Part shown: in pieces, positions 18,672 through 27,455 of the stretch
Layout: each line of letters starts with the position of its first letter
How positions within the stretch are numbered: the stretch's first letter is position 1
From: a virus
Direction: 5' to 3' (one strand)
Length of the DNA stretch: 64,000 nt
IMG/VR virus record: IMGVR_UViG_3300027985_000286
Coordinates: 32,001 to 96,000 of that record
The notes under the pieces: model-generated
Seen by the model: only the letters and a program-made list of their open reading frames with translations
Databases searched by the model: none
What the model was told of the DNA's origin: nothing
Program-made: the position numbers and the translations under genes

Positions 18672-19157
18672 TCACAGCTTCGAATAGTCATACGCATCAA
18701 CCTCCCATGGGAATTTAATCCAAGTGTTTGCATCTTTATTCACACGTCTTGCTGCATAATCACAAGTGAAAGAGCTATTGGTGTTCTCAATCAATACCGC
18801 AGACTTGCACCTGTCAGAAGTTTGAAATCTGGACATCACATGGTCTAACGTCGCACCGCTATCGTTAATATCATCAACAATCAGCACATTTGACTCACTC
18901 TGAGAAAGTAGGTCAAAGATGCTGCCGTCCTCGTAAGATAGGTGCCCGTTGTCGTTTCTGCCATTATAGTGGCTAACGAAGTAGGTGTAAACAGAGCCAA
19001 CGTTCAACTGATGGCTAAGAATGGTTGCAGGAACCATTCCACCTCGAACCAACGCAAGAATGCAGTCTGGCTTGAAACCTGAAGTTTGAACGAGAAGACA
19101 GAGGTCACGGACATTATCCAACACTTCCTGAAACGACAATTCCTTATCAGCCATCAA
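18672..19157 (-). CDS. Type I phosphoribosyltransferase (xanthine/guanine PRT-like)
   Basis: LVRGGMVPA, VLIVDDINDSGATL PRPP loop, WIKFPWE. Confidence 0.88.
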   Translation of the reverse strand: MMADKELSFQEVLDNVRDLCLLVQTSGFKPDCILALVRGGMVPATILSHQLNVGSVYTYFVSHYNGRNDNGHLSYEDGSIFDLLSQSESNVLIVDDINDSGATLDHVMSRFQTSDRCKSAVLIENTNSSFTCDYAARRVNKDANTWIKFPWEVDAYDYSKL

Positions 19158-19164
19158 GACACCC

Positions 19165-19686
19165 TCAATAGTTGGTTGGCTCGAAAGGTCTTCCTAAGAC
19201 CTCTTCCCAAGACATCACGTTAACTCCTCTGTTCTTCAGGTAATCTACTCCCGTTAAGTCTCTGTATGCTTCCAAGTAGTATAGCGACTTGACACCTGAG
19301 TTTGCAACTCTCATTGCGCATTGAAGACAAGGCGAGTAGGTCTGGTAAATCACACTGCCGTGAGCAGATACTCCTTCCTTGAGCATCTTGTCTAGAGCGT
19401 TCTGCTCTGCATGGATGACAGTAGGCTTGGTGATGAGCTCAAACCCGCCTCCTGGCCAGAACTTGGCATTGTCCTTAATCTCGCAACAGTTATCATCACC
19501 GGGTGCGGTTCCGTTGTAACCTACATATACGCCCATGGAAGGAGTGACAATACAAGCGCCAACCTTCTTCCTAACTGCGTAGCTTGCATCCTTTATCATG
19601 AAGGCAATCATCATCCATTGCATCGGGTACTTTTCTTGATTGTCCGCGCTGTATGATGGTTTCAAGTGCAGCAGATCATGGTTCAT
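19165..19686 (-). CDS. cd: dCMP deaminase
   Basis: KVGACIV, GYNG, HAEQNA, SPCLQC; likely start MNHDLL at 19686. Confidence 0.9.
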   Translation of the reverse strand: MNHDLLHLKPSYSADNQEKYPMQWMMIAFMIKDASYAVRKKVGACIVTPSMGVYVGYNGTAPGDDNCCEIKDNAKFWPGGGFELITKPTVIHAEQNALDKMLKEGVSAHGSVIYQTYSPCLQCAMRVANSGVKSLYYLEAYRDLTGVDYLKNRGVNVMSWEEVLGRPFEPTNY

Positions 19687-20311
19687 TGTCAGAAGCCCAC
19701 CCTGCCAATGCTTTTTGAATCTGCAGTGCATCAATAATGCAGTCATGCAGAGAATCGTGCTTCTGGCAGTTTGGTGTTTCGTCAGACACATCAATGTAAC
19801 CACGTTCAGCACCTACTAGGAAGTGAAGCATAGTACGAATATCTCTCCAACGCCAAAAGTCGTAGAACCCGTCCTTTTGTACGCTCTTTCCTTGAGACTT
19901 GTACAAGTTATGCAAGAGCTTTACTTCAAGCTCCCCACGACTTGCCAACCAAAAGTTCAGATGGTCACCACTCTTGTTAGAGAAGTGGTTTTCCTTTAGA
20001 GTTTTCTCAATGTTGGGTACAAGATCTTGGATGGGGATATCGTTAGGGCTTGGCAAAACGCAGCGTTTCCGCACGTCGGGTGCCTGCATCTTCCACCAGT
20101 CTACAGTATCACTATCTACCGTCCTTCCCATCAGTTTTTGAGACGAAACATCTAGCTTCCACCTCTTACCTGAGCTCATCAGCTCTTTTTCTGTGTAGTT
20201 CAGTCTCTGGTTGAAATCAACCAAAACCATAGAGAAATCTAAAATGACAGACCCTTCGTCAACACCCAAGGTCTCTGCGTCACAAATCATAAACCGCATG
20301 TTCATTGTCAT
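19676..20311 (-). CDS. dexA: DexA-like 3'-5' exonuclease (DEDDh)
   Basis: DAETLG, TVDWW..Q, WRDIRT, HDSLHDC. Confidence 0.8.
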   Translation of the reverse strand: MTMNMRFMICDAETLGVDEGSVILDFSMVLVDFNQRLNYTEKELMSSGKRWKLDVSSQKLMGRTVDSDTVDWWKMQAPDVRKRCVLPSPNDIPIQDLVPNIEKTLKENHFSNKSGDHLNFWLASRGELEVKLLHNLYKSQGKSVQKDGFYDFWRWRDIRTMLHFLVGAERGYIDVSDETPNCQKHDSLHDCIIDALQIQKALAGWASDNEP

Positions 20312-20871
20312 TTATCAGCCTCGAAGTAATCCATAGATTGCTCATCATCGTCGTCGCCACCAAGCACTTCGTCAGCAAGCTCATCCAACTTATACTTGTC
20401 TGTTAAAGGTAGCCCATCAACCCTTCCGAACATGGTACCATCCTTGATGCTATCCAGAACTTCCTTGGGCATCACTCTAAGGTTCATCTTCGCTTGAGCT
20501 GACTCTTCTTTATCTTCATCAGAGACCCTGTCATCAAGATCCTTCCTGGTGTAGAACATCTCTGACAGAGTCATGGCATTCCAGAGAATCGCGTCAACCT
20601 CAGCACTCCCCTTCATTGTAGGGTCATCGTCCATATCCTGACCATTCTGAAACTTCGTAAGATGGCGCAACATGCAATCAATAAGCTCAGACCACTGAGC
20701 ACCCTTCTTCCAGTTACCTCTTGAATACTTTACAGAACCTCGTTCACAATGGCCCGCAAAACCTTTGATAGCGTTGGGCCATTCAAGAAAATAGCTGAGC
20801 TTAGGCTTACCAGAGTTATTTCTGGAGCAAAGAGTAGCGTCTCTGTTAGGGTCTTGTGAGTCGATTGCCAT
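20308..20871 (-). CDS. dATP/dGTP diphosphohydrolase-like (DUF5664-type) protein
   Basis: GKPKLSY, GSVKYSRGNWKKG, DCMLRHL, LWNA pattern. Confidence 0.75.
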   Translation of the reverse strand: MAIDSQDPNRDATLCSRNNSGKPKLSYFLEWPNAIKGFAGHCERGSVKYSRGNWKKGAQWSELIDCMLRHLTKFQNGQDMDDDPTMKGSAEVDAILWNAMTLSEMFYTRKDLDDRVSDEDKEESAQAKMNLRVMPKEVLDSIKDGTMFGRVDGLPLTDKYKLDELADEVLGGDDDDEQSMDYFEADK

Positions 20872-20879
20872 TTTGTCCT

Positions 20880-22601
20880 CTACTTGATGACCGTAAAATC
20901 GTTTTCTAGCTTGAAAGAAATCTCGCTTCTAAAGTGCGAAGCCATCTCTTCTTGTCTCTGAGTGATAACAAAGATGTTCTTATCCGAAAATTCCTGCTTA
21001 AGAAGCAACAGTAACATTTCAACGCCCTCAGGGTCAAGTGACTCCATCATCTCATCAATAAAGAGCAAGTTGCACGATAGAGTAGACTTTGCCTCTGCCA
21101 CTTTCTTCCAAGTAAGAAGAATTGCAAAGTCAACCCTCCTCTTCTGACCGTTAGACAGGTTTTCGTACACAAAGCCAGACCTGGCTGGATTAGCAAACGA
21201 CTCGCCGAACGTTTCGTCCAACTGAAACGCAATGTTAAAGTTCATCTTCTCAAGAAAACCATTAAGGATCTGGTTAATCACAGGAATGTACTGCTTGATG
21301 ACGTGAGCCTTTGCACCGTCATCCTTTAAAGAAATCACTACGTCTCTTAGCGCATCGTAAACCTTATCGACGTCAGCTTTTCTGATAAGCAGTTCGCTCA
21401 TCTTGCTCTGGAGCTCTTTCAGCGTTTCCCTCTTAGGGTCCAAATCAAGACTACTCTCTAGCTTTTTGATAGAGGCCTCGATAAGAGAAAGATTGGCCTT
21501 TGCAGCATCCAGCTCTGCTGACACCAGCATGGCTCTTTGCTTGATTTCTCTTACCTTCTCCTCAGTATCAATGAACGAGTTAACTGCAAGACGATGATCT
21601 TCCTCCCTGCGCTTCAGCTCCTCATGCTTTCCGTCAAGGTCTCTGATTTGGATGTTGCAATCATCAACAATAGACTTCACGTGGCTGGGGTTCATGCTCT
21701 GCCCGCACGTAGGGCAAACGCTATTACTTTCAAAGAACCCAATCTTGTCCCAGCAGGCTTTGATCTTAGTTCTAATCTCACCACCAAACCTAAAGAAGTT
21801 GGCAGTCTTCTCCTTCATCTTATCGCCGTCGTACGCTGTTAGAGCGGTCAGGAGAGGACTTGCCTCTTCCTTGACCAAGCGTAAACGTTCTACAATTTCG
21901 TCGCAGCGTGCACGCTCTGAGGCAGCCTCAGCCTGCTTTTCGCTAACCTGTCTTGCTGCATTGGCCTCAAGTTCAGAGATTAGAGACGCAGCATTATCAA
22001 TGTCTTTTTGTAGAAGACGGATGTTAAGCTCAATGTCATCATACTCAATCTTAACTTGCTTGATTTTTGCAGATGCAATCTTGTTCATGAACGAGAAGAT
22101 GCTAATACCTAAGACATCTTCTACAACCTTTCGTCTACTAGCAGCATCTAAGGACATGAAGGGGACAAAGTCTTCCTTTTCCAGGATGACCATCTGGGTA
22201 AAAAGTTTCTTGTCAAAACCAATCCTATTCTCCAACATCTTCTGATATAGCTTAATGTTGGCAGGTTGCTTGAGAAGCTCACCGTTTTCCCAAATTTCAA
22301 ACTTCTTGGGTTTTTCTCCTCGTACTACCTTATACAGAGTGCTTCCTTGCTTCCACTCGATCTCAACCTCTAGTCCGCCCTTACTCTTGATGTTGATTAG
22401 ACCACCCAGATTCACTTTTCTGTGAGGTCTACCAAACAAGGCATACACGATAGCTTCTGCGATTGTGGTTTTGCCTGATCCGTTAAGACCTGTGATTGCG
22501 GTTAGGTGCGATTTATCCAAGTCAATGGTAATCCAGTTGTTACCTACCGCAAGAAAGTTTCTGTATCGTACCTTAATGAAGTCTAAGTGCATTCTACTCA
22601 C
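20880..22601 (-). CDS. 46: Rad50/SbcC-like recombination ATPase (gp46)
   Basis: NFLAVGN, GLNGSGKTT, CPTCGQ hook, LSNGQ, LFIDE. Confidence 0.95.
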   Translation of the reverse strand: MSRMHLDFIKVRYRNFLAVGNNWITIDLDKSHLTAITGLNGSGKTTIAEAIVYALFGRPHRKVNLGGLINIKSKGGLEVEIEWKQGSTLYKVVRGEKPKKFEIWENGELLKQPANIKLYQKMLENRIGFDKKLFTQMVILEKEDFVPFMSLDAASRRKVVEDVLGISIFSFMNKIASAKIKQVKIEYDDIELNIRLLQKDIDNAASLISELEANAARQVSEKQAEAASERARCDEIVERLRLVKEEASPLLTALTAYDGDKMKEKTANFFRFGGEIRTKIKACWDKIGFFESNSVCPTCGQSMNPSHVKSIVDDCNIQIRDLDGKHEELKRREEDHRLAVNSFIDTEEKVREIKQRAMLVSAELDAAKANLSLIEASIKKLESSLDLDPKRETLKELQSKMSELLIRKADVDKVYDALRDVVISLKDDGAKAHVIKQYIPVINQILNGFLEKMNFNIAFQLDETFGESFANPARSGFVYENLSNGQKRRVDFAILLTWKKVAEAKSTLSCNLLFIDEMMESLDPEGVEMLLLLLKQEFSDKNIFVITQRQEEMASHFRSEISFKLENDFTVIK

Positions 22602-23676
22602 CCACCGCCATCATGTCTACCGCTTCATCGTAGATCTGTCTAACGGTATTAGCTAAAGTCGTCTTATCTGCCTTACTGTACTCTTCAACGTAACCCATCA
22701 AAACCTCTACGGTACCTTTCTTGGCAGCGTCTTGGATAATCTTGCTCGTATCGTCTGGGCTGATGTTAGTCAACAGGTAACGTTCAACAACTCCAAACGA
22801 TATGAGATCTAACGTGTCAAGCCTCTTTTTAAGACTAAGGTACTTCTTGTTATCGCTCTTGTTCAAGACGATAAGCTCAAGAATACTGCCCTCCAGCTCA
22901 CGTTTCAAGACATCGGCATCCGGAACCTCAAACTCAACCGAATCATCATAGTAGATACGCTGAAACAAGCAGTAATCATTTTCAACATACTCATCGTCGC
23001 CTGTATCAGTGTCAAGAACGAAGAAGCCTCTCTTGTCTCCGTAACACTGCCAGGTCAAGTGAAACGTAGACCCGATATACTGGATGTTATCTGTTAAACC
23101 TGGATGGTGGTAGTGTCCGCTATACACCTTTTTGAAGTGCTTGAAGATACCCGAGTCCAAGCCCTTTTCCGACACGCTGTTGGCGTACATCTTAGCACCA
23201 GCGACCTCGAAGTGGCCTACACAGTAATCAGCTGTGGACTCTGCCATCTTCAAAAGAAACTGCTCAGCGTTATTCTTAGATAACCACGGTACGAGGCAGA
23301 AGGTAGTACCACCGATATGAACGTCTTCTACGGATTCGATTAGCTTGACGTTTGGATGGTTAGGGAAAAGTTCTTTGATAGCATTGATCTCATTGTCATG
23401 TCTAAAGAAGATGTCGTGATTGCCCGGGATGACATACATCATCACACCTTCTTTCTCAAGCATATCAAAGAAAGACTCTTTCATGGAACGATGGACCTTA
23501 TAGTTGATGTTTGTTTTCACATCAACAAAGTCACCACCATGAATGATTACTTTAATGCCGTGCGCCTTGAGATATGGAAAGAAGACCTCTTTCCAATAGT
23601 AGCGCATCAGTTCTTCGAAGGCGCTGGAGTTACCCCTAGCGCCCCAGTGAGTATCAGAGATTAACGCAACCTTCAT
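22594..23676 (-). CDS. 47: Mre11/SbcD-like nuclease (gp47)
   Basis: SDTHWG, GDFVD, PGNHD, GHFE, SGHYH. Confidence 0.95.
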   Translation of the reverse strand: MKVALISDTHWGARGNSSAFEELMRYYWKEVFFPYLKAHGIKVIIHGGDFVDVKTNINYKVHRSMKESFFDMLEKEGVMMYVIPGNHDIFFRHDNEINAIKELFPNHPNVKLIESVEDVHIGGTTFCLVPWLSKNNAEQFLLKMAESTADYCVGHFEVAGAKMYANSVSEKGLDSGIFKHFKKVYSGHYHHPGLTDNIQYIGSTFHLTWQCYGDKRGFFVLDTDTGDDEYVENDYCLFQRIYYDDSVEFEVPDADVLKRELEGSILELIVLNKSDNKKYLSLKKRLDTLDLISFGVVERYLLTNISPDDTSKIIQDAAKKGTVEVLMGYVEEYSKADKTTLANTVRQIYDEAVDMMAVGE

Positions 23677-23960
23677 TCTTTGCCTACCTTACGTCTCGCC
23701 CAATGGTAGATATCCGTCTTTGAGTGAGCAAGCATCTCGTTCAGGAGCTGAACGATAACTTCAGCTCCCTTAACCGAAAACAGAGACATAACCGCCGAGT
23801 GTTCAAAGTCGGCATTGTTTTGCAGCTCTCCGTAATGCACACTCACCCGATAGTTGTACCGCCGACTTTCCGAGTTCTTTAGCAGCACAGTTGGACCGTG
23901 ATTGTAGATATCGAAGCAGAACTTGTAGAACATGCTAGGCGTGACAGTTTTCATTTTCAA
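23673..23960 (-). CDS. Hypothetical protein
   Basis: 95 aa ORF with ATGA overlaps on both sides. Confidence 0.6.
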   Translation of the reverse strand: MKMKTVTPSMFYKFCFDIYNHGPTVLLKNSESRRYNYRVSVHYGELQNNADFEHSAVMSLFSVKGAEVIVQLLNEMLAHSKTDIYHWARRKVGKE

Positions 23961-24610
23961 TCCTCCAGAATTGCATCAAGACCAACCTTGGGTGGAGTAG
24001 TCTCACTCCCCTCATCAACTGCAGCCTTAGGCTTCTTGCCTCCGTACGCAGGACTATTTTCAAAATGATCAACAAACTTCAAGGCATCTACAAACTGGTC
24101 TGATAGTACAGACCCACCCATTATAGCAAAGTCTTCGTCGTCCTGCACAGCAGAAAAGCCGCCATTTTCAACGAAAAGCTTATACCGTATGTACTGCTTG
24201 GTTTTTTCCTCTTTGATCTTTTTGATAAAAGCAGTCCTAACAGTCTGAGTAATGTACGCAAACGGGTTCCTAGACTCAGACGGGTTAAAGGCTCGGGTAT
24301 ACCTCACACAAGCTTCAATGGCATTACCTATCATATCCTCTTTCCATGAGCTGGTATATCCACGAAAGAGATGATGGTTTGAGTAGCCTTGCGCTATAAG
24401 GATGAAAGCCTCTCCCATGTACTCCGTCATCTTAGGCATTTCATCAATCAAGCCTTGCTTGTATTTCTGATACTCTCCGTGGAACCAAACATAGTCTTGG
24501 TACAAACGCTCGTTGTCTATGTAGTGTCGAGTCTCTCTTAGCCCTCTAACGACTTCTTCATCCACTTTATCTGGTTCCATCGTAACTGACTTCACGATGG
24601 CTTTCTTCAA
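23957..24610 (-). CDS. 55: Late-transcription sigma factor (gp55)
   Basis: HYIDN, F.GYT..WKEDMI, NPFAYITQ..AFI..I..E; C-terminal GLDAILED. Confidence 0.93.
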   Translation of the reverse strand: MKKAIVKSVTMEPDKVDEEVVRGLRETRHYIDNERLYQDYVWFHGEYQKYKQGLIDEMPKMTEYMGEAFILIAQGYSNHHLFRGYTSSWKEDMIGNAIEACVRYTRAFNPSESRNPFAYITQTVRTAFIKKIKEEKTKQYIRYKLFVENGGFSAVQDDEDFAIMGGSVLSDQFVDALKFVDHFENSPAYGGKKPKAAVDEGSETTPPKVGLDAILED

Positions 24611-24639
24611 CGCTAGTTCTCCTTTTCTGAGTAACCTAC

Positions 24640-24668
24640 AATATAACGCTTTTGGCTATCCTAGTCAA
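24640..24668 (-). promoter_or_regulatory. Sigma70-like promoter for gp55-47-46 operon
   Basis: TTGACT-N17-TATATT. Confidence 0.65.
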
Positions 24669-24734
24669 CCTTTATTCTACGTTTCTTTCACAACGTTCAA
24701 CTCAAAGTTTTACAAAAGTTTACACTTTTCAGGC

Positions 24735-24763
24735 TTGACAAGGTCGATTTGAGCTAATACATT
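24735..24763 (+). promoter_or_regulatory. Sigma70-like promoter facing an AT-rich non-coding tract
   Basis: TTGACA-N17-TACATT. Confidence 0.55.
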
Positions 24764-24951
24764 ATTATTCTTGTGTTGTTAAATCTGTTAGCCAATCGCG
24801 TAGCGAGACATATACAGTAACATCAACTTGAAGAATTAGCTAATATCGTCATTCTCTAAAGAAAAATCAAATAAGAAAAAGATAAATCAATGAAATTATA
24901 ACAATTATTCCAATTTCTATGAGTGAAATTAGGCTGTACTCTTAATCAGCT

Positions 24952-24957
24952 TAAATA
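24952..24957 (+). promoter_or_regulatory. Late (gp55) promoter core TAAATA
   Basis: Same hexamer recurs upstream of late genes at 29348, 34358, 36164, 39655, 41660, 42014, 43386, 53365, 58698, 59493, 62279, 63939. Confidence 0.65.
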
Positions 24958-24963
24958 CAGTTA

Positions 24964-25653
24964 TTGCACACAAGCGTGACTGGCATGGCTGATACCCCAA
25001 CTAAATCAAAGCAAGAAGCTCTAGAACGAGAACTGGACAAGAGTAGACCAGCTCTTGTCCGTACCCTCATCAAAAGATACCATCGTGACTTCGGTGCTAA
25101 CGCAGCACGTCACTCTCGTAGAAGTAGACAATGGTTTAGAGAGCAAGCGACTAAGATAGGCAAGGTTCGCACATCCAAGATCATGAAGGCTCAATGGATT
25201 GCGGACAAGCCTAAAATTGGTCGCTTGTACCTGTACCAGTACGATGCCAAGACTAAAGATACGTTACCATATTGGGATATGTTCCCATTGGTGTTCTTCT
25301 TCAACTCTTGGACAGGTAAGAATGGAAAGAAGTACCTAATTGGTATCAATCTTCATTACCTGCAGCCTGCTCTCAGAATGTACCTTTTTGCTGAGTTGCT
25401 TTCGCTAAGAAACGAAAAGAGGTACAGACCTAATACACGACTCAAGATATCGTGGGAGATACTACAGCGATTTGCCAACTTCAAGCTGGTTCAACCTTGT
25501 GTTAAGAAGTACCTAGTGGAGCACATCCGTTCGAAGTTTATTGAAATCCCGTCCGAAGATTGGGAAATTGTCATCCCGTTGGGTCTGGAGAGATTCCAGA
25601 AGGCAGCTTCAGCTAAGGTTTGGTCAGACTCAGCTAAAGGTAGAACAAAGTGA
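24964..25653 (+). CDS. 2: DNA end protector protein (gp2)
   Basis: GRLYLYQYDAKTKDTLPYWDMFPLV, GINLHYL, PCVKKYL; true start probably the ATG of MADTPT. Confidence 0.9.
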   Translation: MHTSVTGMADTPTKSKQEALERELDKSRPALVRTLIKRYHRDFGANAARHSRRSRQWFREQATKIGKVRTSKIMKAQWIADKPKIGRLYLYQYDAKTKDTLPYWDMFPLVFFFNSWTGKNGKKYLIGINLHYLQPALRMYLFAELLSLRNEKRYRPNTRLKISWEILQRFANFKLVQPCVKKYLVEHIRSKFIEIPSEDWEIVIPLGLERFQKAASAKVWSDSAKGRTK

Positions 25654-26504
25654 TAAGCACAAGCGAGATTCTCAATGACATCAAGCTTAACGGTATTGCT
25701 AGGAAGAACCGGTTCCTGGTAGAAATCCAGATACCGGACAAGGTTGTTGAAGCTGCAGCTGCCAAAGGCGTTAAGGTAGACAGTAGAACCTTATCTCTGA
25801 GATGTTACAGCACACAGCTTCCACCGAAATCTATTGCCAGCACTGATGTTAAGATTGGTGGTGTTAACCAGAAGATTCCTTACAGCAGAACCTTTGATGA
25901 TGTGACCATGACGTTTCTCATTGAGCGCAACATGAACACTAAGAAGGTTTTTGATATTTGGCAAGATGTGATCGCCCCTAATGACTTCGGGCATGTTGCC
26001 TATGCTGACGATATCTCAACAACTGTCTCGGTTAGCCATATCACGAACACAGATACGATTGAGTACACTCTATTCCTAAAGAAGGCATACCCAATTATCG
26101 TTAACTCACTGGATTATGCCAACGACGACAACGAGAGCTACCAGGCTCTAGGCGTTACGTGGACATTTAGAACTGTATCCTCTACAATGGACTCCAAGGA
26201 GACTAAGCTAACCACGCTACCTTCATTCGATGTATTCAATAAGGACGGGTTTACTGTTGCATCTGTGATGGAGTTTACCAACCAGCTGGCTAGCTTCAAC
26301 CTTCAAGGAGAGGCTCTCCTGTGGTACCAGAAGGCAGATAACTTTGTGGGAGGGTTCACCGGTGGTTACGGCATAAACAGCATTGGTTCTCTTGTTAAGA
26401 GGATGGAGTTTTCTGTTACCAATAACATCAGGTTCCTAGAATCTGATAGAGCTAAAATCACAACCGCTATCAGCTCTCTTAAGAGCAAGCTTGGTATCAA
26501 TTAA
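25650..26504 (+). CDS. 54: Baseplate tail tube initiator (gp54-like)
   Basis: ARKNRF.V, C....LP, F..WQD gp19-like fold; synteny. Confidence 0.7.
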   Translation: MISTSEILNDIKLNGIARKNRFLVEIQIPDKVVEAAAAKGVKVDSRTLSLRCYSTQLPPKSIASTDVKIGGVNQKIPYSRTFDDVTMTFLIERNMNTKKVFDIWQDVIAPNDFGHVAYADDISTTVSVSHITNTDTIEYTLFLKKAYPIIVNSLDYANDDNESYQALGVTWTFRTVSSTMDSKETKLTTLPSFDVFNKDGFTVASVMEFTNQLASFNLQGEALLWYQKADNFVGGFTGGYGINSIGSLVKRMEFSVTNNIRFLESDRAKITTAISSLKSKLGIN

Positions 26505-26516
26505 GGAGATGACTAC

Positions 26517-27260
26517 ATGGCATTGCCCAAACTAAAGGTTCCTGTTTCTAGACTGAAGTCTATGGATGGAAAGGTGACCTATACTATTCGTCCTTTCTCT
26601 AACAAAGAACAGAACATTCTGCTCATGGCCAAGGAGTCGGTTAAGGCTTCTACTGACAAGCGTCAGGCTATGAAAGCTGTGGTAGAGTCAATGGAACAGG
26701 TAATCGGTAACTGCTTGATTGATGCAAATATTGATGACATTCCTTGGTATGACTTCCAGTTTCTGATGATTGAGATTCGTAAGATTAGCGTAGATAATAT
26801 CTCTAAACTCAGCTTCAAGTGCACTAGCACCAAGGAAGACGGTAGCAAGTGCAACACACCTTATACCATCGGTGTCAACTTAGATAAGATTGAGGTTGTA
26901 GGCAAGGTCCCAGAGACTAAAGATGATAGAGTTATTGATATTGACGGTAACGTGAGCGCGTACATGAGGCATCCTACTTTCAAGATGTTCAAGTCAATCT
27001 ACCTCGATGACTTGAACGAGTATAATGCTCTACGCATGTTCATTGAGTACGTGTTTGATAAGGAAGGCAACATATACCCAATGGCTGAAGCAACAGATCA
27101 AGAGCTTGAAGAATTCTTGGAAGATGCCGGTCCAAACATGAAAAAGATCCAAGACTGGATTGAGTCTGCGCCCAAGCCGTATTACCGACTTGAATATACT
27201 TGCAGAGGGTGTGGAAACAAAAAGGTAATTGAGCTGAGGACCCCCGACGATTTTTTTTAA
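26517..27260 (+). CDS. 26: Baseplate hub assembly protein (gp26)
   Basis: MALPKL, RPF..KE..ILL, Cys pairs, ends DDFF. Confidence 0.85.
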   Translation: MALPKLKVPVSRLKSMDGKVTYTIRPFSNKEQNILLMAKESVKASTDKRQAMKAVVESMEQVIGNCLIDANIDDIPWYDFQFLMIEIRKISVDNISKLSFKCTSTKEDGSKCNTPYTIGVNLDKIEVVGKVPETKDDRVIDIDGNVSAYMRHPTFKMFKSIYLDDLNEYNALRMFIEYVFDKEGNIYPMAEATDQELEEFLEDAGPNMKKIQDWIESAPKPYYRLEYTCRGCGNKKVIELRTPDDFF

Positions 27261-27280
27261 CACTGCTCAGTCATGAGAGC

Positions 27281-27451
27281 ATGATTTCGTGCTTCAAGGT
27301 TAACCTCTCACTGAAGAAGCATGGATTCTCTATTACTGAGTTGGATGATATGATGCCTTTTGAAAGAGATGCCTACTTCCTCTTGATTGAGCAAGAGATA
27401 AACGAGAAGAACAGCAAGAATAAGAATAACAAGGCTTTCGATATAGGATAA
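27281..27451 (+). CDS. 51: Baseplate hub assembly catalyst (gp51-like), not in ORF track; probably expressed by -1 frameshift from gp26
   Basis: MISCFKVNLSLKKHGFSITELDDMMPFERDAYFLLI has the gp51-type S..ELD.M.P.ER..Y motif; frame open back to the T8 run at 27251-27258. Confidence 0.75.
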   Translation: MISCFKVNLSLKKHGFSITELDDMMPFERDAYFLLIEQEINEKNSKNKNNKAFDIG

Positions 27452-27455
27452 TGTA

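Noticed and set aside
16306-18848. Several plus-strand ORFs (up to 221 aa) opposite the Pnkp and RNA ligase genes
   Set aside because: Fully overlap motif-bearing minus-strand genes and show no motifs of their own
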